A stretch of 40,623 nt of DNA from Octopus sinensis (lineage: Eukaryota): positions 1 through 40,623 of the forward strand of contig NW_021835403.1 in the NCBI RefSeq assembly GCF_006345805.1. Direction: 5' to 3'. Below are positions 1-11,064 of the stretch, in pieces. The notes beneath the pieces were generated by a model, which was not told the DNA's origin, made no database searches, and saw only the letters and a program-made list of their open reading frames with translations. The translations under genes and the position numbers were made by a program. Within the stretch, counting starts at the first letter, position 1. Each line of letters opens with the position of its first letter.

Positions 1-404
1 ATGTGCTGCCACTTTTTTTTTTTTCTTCTGCCAGAATATTCCATAATTCACTCTGTAATGAATTGGTGCAGTTTACCCTTCTCGTTGTCGTCTTGTTGTT
101 ATTCAATATTTTTTTATCATCATTAACGTATATATATATATATATATACTTCTGCACATTCACGTACAGGAGTATTCCACACAGTTTCTGTTTACTAAAT
201 CAACTGACAAGTCTAGTTCGGGTCAAGGCTGTTAGTAGAAGTTACCTATCGAAGGTGCTTCGCTCTGTATAAATGTGTATCATTTCTTTAGTAGACTTAG
301 TTTTTCATAGATTTCACATGGAGCAGATCTATTATAAAAGGTATTCTGACCATTCAAAGATTAGTATACTCTGGACTACATTTTTCAATGATTCCTTCTG
401 AGAC

Positions 405-456
405 CAGTGGTTCCCAACCGGGGTCCATATGACCCTTGAGGGTCTATGTAAGATCC
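405..456 (+). mobile_element. Probable hAT/Charlie-type MITE, left end
   Basis: Starts CAGTGGTTCCCAACC (Charlie-like terminus), followed by repeated GGGTCCAT/GGGTCTAT subterminal motifs; ends abruptly at a SINE-A fragment. Confidence 0.5.
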
Positions 457-650
457 GTGGCTATGCTGGAGCAACGCCTTTAGTCGAGCAAATCGACCCC
501 AGGACTTATTCTTTGTAAGCATAATACTTATTATATCGGTGTCTTTTTGCCGAACTGCTAAGTTACGGCGACGTAAACACACCACCATCGGTTGTCAAAC
601 GATGTTGGGAGGACAAACACAGACACACAAACATACACACACACACACAC
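457..650 (-). mobile_element. SINE family A, 3' half (subfamily 2 alleles), extreme tail missing
   Basis: Reverse complement matches the SINE-A 3' half (cccaacatcg...gtaacttag...cctggggtcgatttgctcgactaaaggcg). Confidence 0.9.
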
Positions 651-727
651 ATATATGTGTGTAATATGTAAATGTAATATGTGACAATTATTCGGTAGAC
701 ATCAAGATGTATTTATATATATATATA

Positions 728-1123
728 GGCGCAGGAGTGGCTGTATGGTAAGTAGCTTGCTAACCAACCACATGGTTCCGGGTCCAGTCCCACGGCGTGG
801 CATCTTAGGCAAGTGTCTTCTGCTATAGCCCCGGCCGACCAATGCCTTGTGAGTGGATTTGGTAGACGGAAACTGAAAGAAGCCCGTCGTATATATGTAT
901 ATGTATGTATGTGTGTGTGTTTATGTGTCTGTGTTTGTCCCCCTAGCATTGCTTGACAACCGATGCTGGTGCGTTTACATCCCCGTCACTTAGCGGTTCG
1001 GCAAAAAGAAACCGATAGAATAAGTACTGGGCATACAAAGAATAAGTCCCGAGGTCGATTTGCTCGACTAAAGGCGGTGCTCCAGCATGGCCGCAGTCAT
1101 GAAACAAGTAAAAGAAAGAGAAA

Positions 1124-1124
<1 letters not shown>
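728..1124 (+). mobile_element. SINE family A, full length (subfamily 1)
   Basis: tRNA-like head with A-box-like TGGCTGTATGG and B-box-like GGTCCAGTCCC, internal TA/TG microsatellite, tail ggtgctccagcatggcc...gaaacaagtaaaag; near-identical to 36533-36950. Confidence 0.95.
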
Positions 1125-1191
<67 letters not shown>

Positions 1192-1214
1192 TATATATAT
1201 ATACTATACCATAT

Positions 1215-1340
1215 GTATATGTAAAAATACAAACTGGACACGAACGTAAAACATCCAGAAGACGACACAAAAAACACGGATGGGACACCCGAAGCCTTCA
1301 ATCTCCAGTCAAGAACCGGATCATCCCCGCAATCCCGGCA
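1215..1340 (-). repeat. Unclassified interspersed repeat (family H), 3' fragment
   Basis: Reverse complement aligns by eye with 1945-2050 (gatgatccggttcttgactggagattgaaggct vs gatgaatcggtttctgactgaagaatgaaggct); flanked by (TA)n. Confidence 0.55.
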
Positions 1341-1357
1341 TATATATATATATATAT

Positions 1358-1570
1358 ACTCTTTTACTCTTTTACTTGTTTCAGTCATTTGACTGCGGCC
1401 ATGCTGGAGCACCGCCTTTAGTCGAGCAAATCGACCCTGGGACTTATTCTTTGTAAGCCCAGTACTTATTCTATCGGTCTCTTTTGCCGAACCGCTAAGT
1501 GACTAGGACGTAAACACACCAGCATTGGTTGTCAAGCAATGCTAGGGTGTCAAACACAGACACACAAACA
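1358..1570 (-). mobile_element. SINE family A, 3' half (subfamily 1)
   Basis: Complete tail plus body, with subfamily-1 alleles (ggccgcag, actgggc, gtcacttag, ctagcattgc). Confidence 0.95.
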
Positions 1571-1571
1571 T

Positions 1572-2060
1572 CTCTCTTGGTCATTGCTTCTGTTCTCGGC
1601 CCTCCTTAATCCCCTCTCTCTCTGTCTCTCTTTCTCTCTCACCTTCTTGCAACCTGCTGCTACTAAGCCATTCCATTGGTGACAGCCGCCTGTACTACAC
1701 GTGTCTTCTCTACCGAAAAGGTAACCGCTTCCCACGCTTGCTGATCAATTGTTTTTGTCCCATTTTGTCTCAAAGTCGTATCATTCCTGTTTTTATTCGT
1801 TACTGTTTCCAATTTTATCTTCGTCTCTTGTTTTCCTATTCGTCTCTGTTGTCACATTCTTTCCTTCTACCAAGGAAATCTAATGCCCATAGCTTAGCTT
1901 TTCCTTGGGGCTTGCCGTTTTGGAGCAAATCTCAGAATTAAACAGCCGAAATTTGCCATGATGAATCGGTTTCTGACTGAAGAATGAAGGCTCTGAATGA
2001 CTGTCTGTTTTCCGTGTTCGTCAATTCGTGAATTTCACGTTCTTTATATATAAAGTTTTA
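1572..2060 (+). repeat. Unclassified interspersed repeat (family H) inserted inside a SINE-A
   Basis: About 490 bp pyrimidine-rich segment separating the SINE-A tail (1358-1570) from its head (2145-2307); its 3' part is homologous to 1215-1340. Confidence 0.5.
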
Positions 2061-2063
2061 TTC

Positions 2064-2127
<64 letters not shown>

Positions 2128-2144
2128 ATACATATATACATATA

Positions 2145-2306
2145 TACGACAGGCTTCTTTCAGTTCCGTGTACCAAATCCACTCTCAAGGCATTGGTCGG
2201 CCCGGGGCTTTAGCAGAAGACACTTGCCCAAGATGCCACGCAGTGGGACTGAACCGGAACTATGTGGTTGGTAAGCAAGCTACTTACCACACAGCCACTC
2301 CTGCGC

Positions 2307-2307
<1 letters not shown>
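2145..2307 (-). mobile_element. SINE family A, 5' half (subfamily 1)
   Basis: tRNA-like head ending ctgcgcc; alleles gcatcttggg, ctgcta, ccaatgcc. Confidence 0.95.
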
Positions 2308-2362
<55 letters not shown>

Positions 2363-2371
2363 ATACATATA

Positions 2372-2518
2372 TACGACGGGCTTCTTTCAGTTTCCGTCTA
2401 CCAAATCCACTCACAAGGCTTTGGTCGGCCCGAGGCTATAGTAGAAGACACTTGTCCAAGGTGCCACGCTGTGGGACTGAACCCGGAACCATGAGGCTGG
2501 TTAGCAAACTACTGCGCC
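2372..2518 (-). mobile_element. SINE family A, 5' half (subfamily 2)
   Basis: Head with alleles gcaccttgg, ctactatagcctcggg, ccaaagcc. Confidence 0.9.
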
Positions 2519-2519
2519 T

Positions 2520-2644
2520 ATTTTTAATGCAATTTCTAATAATATTTTAATATAAATATGCAATAACGTTTTATTAAATACCGAATGGCTGTTCGGGTCC
2601 ACCCATGTAAAATAAGGATCAAAAGGGTGCATCAAAAGGGTTCT
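2520..2644 (+). mobile_element. Possible continuation of the hAT MITE that begins at 405
   Basis: AT-rich core followed by GGGTCCAC / AAGGGTGCAT motifs like those at 420-445; right terminus lost at the CR1 junction. Confidence 0.35.
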
Positions 2645-3562
2645 TAGTCTTCATAAATGACTTGCCCGACGACCTCACGCAACACACTCTTCTATTTGCC
2701 GACGATATCAAACTGGTCGCTCCTCGCGGTGATATAGAGGATCTTCGTCGATGCCTCCACCAAATTTGGAAGTGGTCTAACGATTGGGACCTGTGTCTGA
2801 ACGTGTCAAAGTGCTGTCATCTGCCTGTTGGCTCTCCTCCTGCAACTCAACTTCATTTCGAGCCGGGTCGTCTGCTGCTGGAGAGGATCGATCAGGTAAA
2901 GGACCTGGGTATCTTGGTGGATTCCTCCTCTTCGCCTTCGGCCCAGTGTGTCCATGCTGCCAACAAAGCACGCGGAATTCTGTTCTTGATTCGACGGTCA
3001 TTCGGAATGCTCACGGCAGCCATATTCCTACCACTCTATGTCACGCTGGTGAGACCCATATTGGAGTATGGGATTCAAGCCTCTTATCCTTATCTCCTCA
3101 AAGACATACAGCATCTCAAAAGGGTCCAGAGCTGGCTACCCGCATGGTTCATGGTCTCAAAAATTTGTCCTACGAAGACAGGCTGAGGACGCTCTAGAAA
3201 AACGCCGCCGCCGTGGTGATCTCATTCTCGCCCACAACATCATAAGCGGGAAGTGTAACCTCTCGAAAGAGCTGTTCTTCACTCCTGCTCCAGAGCGTCG
3301 GCTGCGGGGTCATTCCGAAAAGCTCTACCTGCGACGATTTCATCTCAATCGAAGGAGAGGAGCTTTCTCCGTCCGGGTTGCGGATCCGTGGAACAAGCTG
3401 CCAGACGAGATGGTGAAGATGCCGACGACCGCCTTGTTCAAAGCCTCCCTTGACCTCAAGTGGCCTGAACTCTTTACATGAACACCATCCTGTACTTAAC
3501 TCCATGTCCCCCTACATGGCCTTGCTATTTGCTTTTGAGCCAAATTAACTAACTAACTAACT
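2645..3562 (+). mobile_element. CR1-clade LINE, 5'-truncated, RT C-terminal part plus 3' UTR
   Basis: VFINDLP...LFADDIKL...VKDLGILVD...RPILEYG...LEKRRRRGDLI...WNKLP across ORFs 2662-3186, 2784-3197, 3068-3481, with frameshifts near 3130 and 3193; ends in (TAAC)n. Confidence 0.95.
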
Positions 3563-3860
3563 AGATGAAAAATGGTTGACAATATCTGCTTTAGACAGTA
3601 AACTTAAGGAGATTTTGCTGCTTTGTAGAAGTAGCATTGTTGCGATGGTTTCCTAGATGTGTGTGTGTGTGCACGTTTGTGTGCGTATGTGCATATGTGC
3701 CGTGTGTGTGTACCGTGAGCAATGTGTGAATCAGTGTGTATGTTGGTGTGTTATCTATGATTAATACATGCTGAGTGTTACGCATGCTGTGAATATGTGT
3801 GTGTGTGTGTGTTTGCGTGAACGAGCGTGTGCTTCTGTGTGTCCGTATGTTTGTCTATGT

Positions 3861-3908
<48 letters not shown>

Positions 3909-3923
3909 GTGTGTGTGTGTGTG

Positions 3924-3955
<32 letters not shown>

Positions 3956-4197
3956 ATGTATTATGTATGTATATATGTATATATATATATATATATATGT
4001 ATGTATGAATGTATGTATCTATGTATGTATATATATATATATATAATATATATATGTATGTATATATGTATGTATATGTATATATATGTATATATGTATG
4101 TATGTATATATATGTATATATGTATGTATATATGTATGCATATGTATATATATATATATATATATATCTATATATATGTATGTATGTACGTATGTAT

Positions 4198-4228
<31 letters not shown>

Positions 4229-4245
4229 AGTATATGTGTGTGTAT
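3861..4245. repeat. Compound (TA)/(TG)/(TATG) microsatellite
   Basis: Direct reading. Confidence 0.95.
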
Positions 4246-4959
4246 TTTGTGTGTTTTGTATAGCGTGATGTTTCTGCCCGTTTCCGTTCATAAAGTCAAG
4301 AAAAATCGCGCTAGCTCGGCGCCAAGGAAGCCGTCTTTTTCTACAGCTTCGCTTCCAACAAACACACCGATTCCAATAGTCTTTTGTTTCTAACAAACCA
4401 TTTTCCATTAAACAACTGATATCTACTCATCAACTCTCCCTCTCTTTGTATATTTGTTTGTTTATTTCTATTCTCACTTAACTGTATTATTGTTTCTTTG
4501 CTTTTGTTTTATTTCATTACTTATTTATTTATTTTTGAGTTTTTCTTTATATTTCCTGTTGTTGTTGTTGTTGGTGTTGTTGCCGCTGGTGGTGAGGGTG
4601 GTGGAGGTGGTTTGGACGTTTTGTTTAGAGAGGAAGAAGTCGGCAAAGATAAAAACATTCGCTCATCACCTTCTTCAGACAGATTAGTAACTGAGACACA
4701 ATTTACACAGATTTGTTGTTTTTTTTCCTTCTCCTTTACGTTTTCTTTTTGTCATTCGTTAGTCTATTAAACAGGGATGTGCCCATAGCCGGAAGACACA
4801 TTTTGGAGCCACAGAGTTGATAATGTTAAAGTGTAAATGCTTTCTCTCATTTGAATTAACTGTGCAGTAGGGCGTGGGCGGAAGAAGGTGCAAAATGAGG
4901 AAATGCGTAAAGTATCCGGAGTTGCTGGAGGACTATCAGGGGCTCATCTGCCCCTTCTA

Positions 4960-5460
4960 CATTCCTACCCTAAGTAGGACTGCCCACATGACTTCTACAG
5001 TCCTACCGTCCTACCCTAAGTAGGACTGCACACAGCTACCAAACAAGACTGCCTACCTCCACCAATCAGGCCTGCTTACCTCCTCTAAGCAGGACTGTAC
5101 ACCTCCACAAAAAAGGTTGCCTGTGGAGGTTAGTCGTTGGAACTTCGCAGAATGTTCCCATAATAAGGTTCATGGAATCTTGACTATTATCAGGAATAGA
5201 TTGAAGAAAAGCCACCAAGAATAACGTAGAGGTGGCTGAGAAAGGATCTTGATGGCTCTGATTGGAAAGAGATGAACGATGGGGTCAACAGAGTGCCACT
5301 TGGACACAGGTCTAGGCTTGACCAGTTTATATCGGACAGGGCTGCCCACCTTCACCAATCAGGACAAGGTACCTCCTCGAAGCAGGACTGCCCACCTCCA
5401 CCAGAGAAGACTGTCCATCTCCACAAACTAAGGTTGCCCAACTCCAGCCCCCGCCTGTGG
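4960..5460 (+). repeat. Degenerate ~20-bp minisatellite (AGGACTGCCCACCTCCACCA-like), two blocks
   Basis: Recurring aggactgcccac / aagactgcctacctccacc / aggactgtacacctccac units at about 4960-5110 and 5335-5450. Confidence 0.7.
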
Positions 5461-6184
5461 TGATTAGTCGGCGAGACGTTGCCGACTGTTCCCTTATTGA
5501 GGGCTCTAATAGAAAAGAGATGAAGGGTGTGGTTGGAGTCAATAGATTGCTACTTGGACAGAGGCCCAGGCTTGACTAGTTTATGTTGGATCACGTAGAT
5601 AATGGCGTATGCTGTAAGACACGAAATAAACAGTGCTCTACAATACAACACACAAGATTTTTCTAAGTATTACATCTATTAATTTATTTAGTAAAAAATA
5701 TTTTTGCGTTCTCTTTATTAAAGATACTGTTGTTTTTGTTGTTGATGACGTTGTTGTTTACTTTAGAATTTTTGCTTAAAAAAGGGTAAAAATGCCATAG
5801 ATATTATATTCATTCATCACCTTCATTACACAGATTAGTAAACAACCATACATTTATACACACACACTTTCACACACATCCTTACACACACACACTTTCA
5901 CACACTTTCACACACATACACACACAGAAAGACACACACAAACACACGCACACATACACGCACGTTAGTCTGTTAAGTAGGAATGCACCTAGAAGCGGGT
6001 GTTATATATTGGAGACAAAGATAATAATATGAATGTCTCAATGCCCTCCCTTAGAATACTTATTTTTACTTTTACCTTATTTCCGAGTTCAAGTCTTGAT
6101 GACATCACTATATCTGCAAAATCTTTCTTGTAAAAGCATATTATTTTTGCTGTATTTCGGGATGGTCATTTTTTTTTACCAAAT

Positions 6185-6240
6185 GGTGGTGCCCCAGCAT
6201 GGCCACAGCTCGTGAGCTGAAACTAGATGAAAAAAAAATA
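6185..6240 (+). mobile_element. Orphan SINE/LINE-type 3' tail
   Basis: ggtggtgccccagcatggccacagctcgtgagctgaaac plus A-run; same layout as the SINE-A tail but with a different stem. Confidence 0.65.
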
Positions 6241-7039
6241 ATAAACACATGCACTATATATTCGTTCTTCACTCGCTTATTACTCATGTCCATTTTCTGG
6301 AAATGTTGCGTCACACATCTGTGACCTCTTCAGCGACACTTTCCGTCTTCGCGTATGCTCTTGCTCTGCTTATTCCATTTTGTTCTTTTATGATGTTTAT
6401 TCTTATATGCGCATGCGTCTGTGTTTTTATATGTGTGTGTGTGTGTGTGTTTGTGCGTGTGTGCGTTCGTGTGTGTGTGTGTGTGTGTGTTATTGTTATT
6501 AGTGGCACTATGACCCTTCCCTCAGCACCGTTCCTTTTCGTATTGCCGCTGCCCTTAAACCCGACTTTTTGTACCGTTCTTGTACCTCACTGTGTTTGTG
6601 TTCGCCCACGCTGCTGCCTTTGTGGTGGTGGTGGTGGTGGTCGTAGTAGTAGTTGTTGTTTCCATTGCTGTTACCGCTGTTGCTGTTGTTGTTGTCCTTC
6701 TTTGTCTTCTTCCAATCAGGACTCACGCCATTAGCAACAAAGAACAATCTCTAATTCGAGCCTATTCTAAGCTAATAAGAATGCGTGTTGCAACTTGAAG
6801 ATCCACGCACCACACACGATAGACTGGCGGCTGCACGGGCGCGAAAGCTACGTTGTTATCCTCATTCAGTAAACGGTGTCTTTTAACGGGTGGAGAGATG
6901 AACCATCCTGGGGTACAGAGGATTCGCAATCTAGATTAGGGTCTGAAAGTTTACCACACCATAGTGAGTTACACCATGGTTCCTCTGCTTTATGGCAGAA
7001 GTATGAAGAAAGGGTGAGAGAAAGTTGTGGTGAAAGAGT

Positions 7040-7195
7040 ACAGCGAGGCTTAGCGGCACTTTATCCGTCTTTACGTTCTGAGTTCAAATTCCTGCGAAGT
7101 TCACTTTGCCTTTCATCCTTTCGGGAATGAAAACGACTTAACCCTTCACCCGAAATTACTGGTCTTGTGCTAAAACTTGAAACCAATGTTTACAT
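7040..7195 (+). mobile_element. SINE family B, degenerate partial copy
   Basis: gcttagcggc...acgttctgagttcaaattcc...tttgcctttcatcctttcggg matches 12089-12321. Confidence 0.75.
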
Positions 7196-7654
7196 TGATG
7201 TTCAAGTTACCGAAATAGTTCTGTTTACTTTCGGTTTTCTCCTTCATTTTCTCCAAAATCTTTTAAGACAAGAAACCAGAAAAATCAAACACTATCAAAT
7301 GACAAAAGCTGAATTCTCCAAAAACGGTTTGCCCGTTCGCCCCTTTGCTAAATTAGGCAAGACTGGCTGGACACTGTGGTCGCTGTTATTATATTAGCTG
7401 AGATAATGATGTGGTGGTGGTTGAGGTGGTGGATAAAGCGACAGTGGGAGAAAAGAGGTGGCTTTTTGATTAGTGAGAAAACAGACAGAAGAAGGTCTTT
7501 TATTGGAGGTGGTGTAATATGAGAGCAGTGTAGCACAGTGAATTAGAGGCAAGGTGTGTGTGCGCGTGCGTGTGTGTGTGTTAGTGTTATTGTGTGTGTA
7601 TATGCTTACGTATGTACGTTTGCGTGTGAGCATATATGAATACACGTATGTAGG

Positions 7655-7834
7655 AGCACTCCGTCGGTTGCGACGACGAGGGTCCCAGCTGATGCGATCA
7701 ACGGAACAGCTTGCTCGGGAAGTTAACGAGCAAGTGGTTGAGCACTCCACAAACACGTGTACCATTAACGTAGTTCTCAGGAGAGAGATTCAGAATGACA
7801 CAGAGTGTGACAAGGCTGGCCCTTTGAAATGCAG
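7655..7834 (-). mobile_element. SINE family C, 3' part
   Basis: Reverse complement aligns with 16580-16752 (ccctcgtcgtcg...ccgacggagtgc end). Confidence 0.85.
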
Positions 7835-7836
7835 AC

Positions 7837-8259
7837 ACTCTTTACTCTTTTAATCTTTTACTTGTTTCAGCCATTTGACTGCGGCCATGCTGGAGCACCG
7901 CCTTTAGTCGAGCAAATCGACCCTGGGATTTATTCTTTGTAAGCCCAGTACTTATTCCATCGGTCTCTTTTGCCGAACCGCTAAGTTACGGGGACGTAAA
8001 CACACCAGCATCAGTTGTTAAGCAATGCTAGGGGGACAAACACAGACACACAAACACATACCACACACATACATACATATATATATATATACATATACAC
8101 GACAGGCTTCTTTCAGTTTCCGTCTACCAAATCAACTCACAAGGCATTGGTCGGCCCGGGGCTATAGCAGAAGACACTTGCCCAAGATGCCACGCAGTGG
8201 GACTGAACCCGGAACCATGTGGTTGGTTAGCAAGCTACTTACACAGCCACTCCTGCGCC
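7837..8259 (-). mobile_element. SINE family A, full length (subfamily 1)
   Basis: Complete head, internal microsatellite and tail. Confidence 0.95.
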
Positions 8260-8272
8260 TAATCATTTTTTC

Positions 8273-8410
8273 TTTTTGCCAGCTGAGTGGACTGGAGCAA
8301 AGTGAAATAAAGTGTCTTGCTCAAGGACACAACGCGTCGCCGGGAATTGAACTCACGGCCTTACGATTATGAGCCGAATGCCCCTAACCACTAAGCCACG
8401 CGCCTTCACA
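8273..8410 (-). mobile_element. SINE family D, 5' part
   Basis: A-box TGGCTTAGTGG, B-box GAGTTCAATTCCC, then gtgtccttgagcaagacac; homologous to 35961-36215. Confidence 0.85.
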
Positions 8411-9046
8411 TGTATGCATATATATGTATATGTATTTGTGCGTGCATGTGTTCACATGCGTATGCATACCTGAACATATATACGCGCACACGCGCAGCAT
8501 GAACACATACGCGCCACCAGTGAACATTGTTCAATGATTCTACAAGCTTTGTTGACTCCGAGATGAAATGTTTTAAAGTTGTAAGTACACACGTACGCAC
8601 ACACACGCACGCGTACACATACACACACACATACACAGAAGAGACAGTTAAAATCCAGGCAATCAACTCTGCGCCACATCATGCCGGAACCCTGGAACCT
8701 GCATGCGTTTGGACAGTATTTGGAAAGCATTTTAAAAAGTTAGTTTTTGATTAACTAAAGGATGGCTAGTTATACATACGTCAATTATTAAAGGAGTAAT
8801 CTAAGGCATATATATCAAATCGGTACGTAAGAATCCTCACACAGTAAATAACAACGATTTTAATTCAAGAAAAGAGAAGTGAAATCAATGTTACGAACGT
8901 TTCGGTGAACGATTGTCATTTACTGTAGTGAAGAGACTTGGGAGGGTAAGACCCGGTGGCTTGATAAATGGCACGGATATGAGCGGTTTAAATGCTAAAA
9001 GGTTAACTACCTCAAAACGTTTTGTTTCCATCTGTGCCAGTTCTGT

Positions 9047-9199
9047 TCTCTTTACTTGTTTCAGTCATTTGACTGTGGCCATGCTGAAGCACCGCCTCTA
9101 GTCGAGTCCTTATTCTTTGTAAGCCTAGTACTTATTCTATTGTTCCCTTTTACCGAACCGCTAAGTTACGGGGACGTAACACGCCAGCATCGGTTGTCG
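9047..9199 (-). mobile_element. SINE family A, 3' fragment
   Basis: Tail and body with an internal deletion. Confidence 0.85.
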
Positions 9200-9351
9200 T
9201 GCCAGCAGATGAAAAAACCATGCAGCCTATTAGCGGTGATGAGCAAGCAAACCAGCGAAGATTGCGGCTCATTGATTTTTGTTGCTGTCACTGAAAGCAT
9301 GCGGAAACTATGCTCCATATTTCGGAACCTTTCCCATCGAGTGAAGATGCT

Positions 9352-9385
<34 letters not shown>

Positions 9386-9388
9386 AAT

Positions 9389-9590
9389 GTGACCGCGTAT
9401 GTACCGTTGGCGATTTTTTTCCCTCTGTCTTCTCTTCTCTGGATCTTTCCTTCTCCTACGTTTCTGACGAAGAGCTCCGCTCGAAACGTTTAACCGTCCT
9501 TCTTTCCTCCTTTCCTGAGCGTCCAATAATACTATATTTGTTCCACGTCCTCGCGTTGTTGTGTTTTTTTGTGCTTTCATGTTTGGATTA

Positions 9591-9595
<5 letters not shown>
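9389..9595 (+). mobile_element. Non-autonomous PLE-like repeat family F (HHR-bearing), copy 1
   Basis: About 207-bp unit gtgaccgcg...ggattaacttt between (TA)n tracts; 4 copies in the window. Confidence 0.8.
9460..9494 (+). ncRNA. Minimal type-I hammerhead ribozyme, family F
   Basis: GUUU-CUGACGA-A-GAGC(ucc)GCUC-GAA-ACGU-U-UAAC; one mismatch in stem I. Confidence 0.75.
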
Positions 9596-9644
<49 letters not shown>

Positions 9645-9649
9645 ATGGT

Positions 9650-9840
9650 GCGTGCCCCATCACCGCTTGACAACCGGTGTTGGTGTGTTTATGTCTCCGC
9701 CACGTAGCAGTTTGACAAAAGAGATCACTAGAATAGATAGTAAGCTTTAAAAGAAGCCCTGGGGTCAATTTCTTCGACTAAAAATCCCTTCAAGGCCGTG
9801 CTCCAGCATGGCCACAATCAAAATGACTGAAACACATAAA
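9650..9840 (+). mobile_element. SINE family A-related, older 3' half
   Basis: cgcttgacaaccggtgttggtgtgtttat...gtgctccagcatggccacaatcaaaatgactgaaac. Confidence 0.8.
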
Positions 9841-9982
9841 AAGGTTCAAGTTATCTTAAATACCACAAGTCATTCAGTTCGGTAGTTTAACCGTTGTGAC
9901 ATCCACTTCCATGGTGATCAACAACAGCGACAATAATAAAAAAGCACAATAGGAGGAATATCAACAGAATAACATCAACAAC

Positions 9983-10017
<35 letters not shown>

Positions 10018-10172
10018 AAAAGACAGTGGGTCGTAAGGTCATTAACGACATTGAAGAGAGAGACAGAAAACATAAACTGTAAACTTGACGAAGTCGGAAC
10101 GTAACGGATTAGCAATTGTATATGTATATATGTGTGTGTATGTGGCATACGTTTTACACACATACATAAACG

Positions 10173-10219
<47 letters not shown>

Positions 10220-10902
10220 ATGTATATACAAAAGTATAAAGTAAAAGAAGAAAAGAATTAAGGACGGGAATGTGTAAGAAAGTGTAACCTCTCTGTCACG
10301 CCATCTTTACTTCACACTGAACAGTTCAACAAGTTATATACACATACATGCATACAAACGGACATTCAGATGTACAAGTGTGTGTGCCTGTCCCCGAGCC
10401 CACGTGTGTGTGTGTGTGTACCATTCCGCCCTATACTTCATCCTTTCTCCTCTTCCCTTTGCCCTCTTCTTCCACCGTCTCCCAACCAACCAACCCCGTC
10501 TCCAACAACAACTAGCCACAGATAACATACAATAACATTTTATTATTATAGAGCTGTTGTTAGGGCAGGTTGTAGATGGTTGGATGGACACTTTAAGGAT
10601 GTTCACGGCTTGAAGATTGCTGCTGCTTGTCGCTGCTAAGCAGTAGTGGTGACGGTGGTAGTGATGGGTGTTGGCGCTGAAGGAGGCAGTGGTGGCGGTG
10701 GTAGTGGGGTTGGCGGTTAGTCCCCGGGTCAGATCAAGTGGATCTATATTATCCAAATGCTCAGAATCAAGCAGACTTATTTTCAGGAGTAGATCAAACT
10801 TGATCTTATCTTTTAAGAATTGCCTTATCGAGTATGTCCTTTTTTGGTATTGTTTTTTTGACTATTTCCGCAACAAATAAGTGACCCTGCATGTTAATGG
10901 AT

Positions 10903-10928
10903 AGCAGCAGCAGCAGTAATACTACTAC

Positions 10929-10961
<33 letters not shown>

Positions 10962-11032
10962 TGGTGGTGGTGGTGGTAATAGTAGTTGTAGTAGTGGCAG
11001 CAGCAGCAGCAGTAGTAGTAGTAGTGGATGTG

Positions 11033-11064
<32 letters not shown>

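Noticed and set aside
728-810. tRNA genes at SINE heads (also 12089, 16371, 8273, 35961)
   Set aside because: A/B boxes are present but there is no complete cloverleaf; each is fused to a SINE body and some have TSDs.
8521-8586. 60-bp segment bounded by CAG and GTAAGT
   Set aside because: Stops in all three frames and no polypyrimidine tract.
8885-8930. GAA-ACGU-U palindrome on the minus strand resembling an HHR 3' half
   Set aside because: No CUGANGA or swapped core upstream; stem II imperfect.
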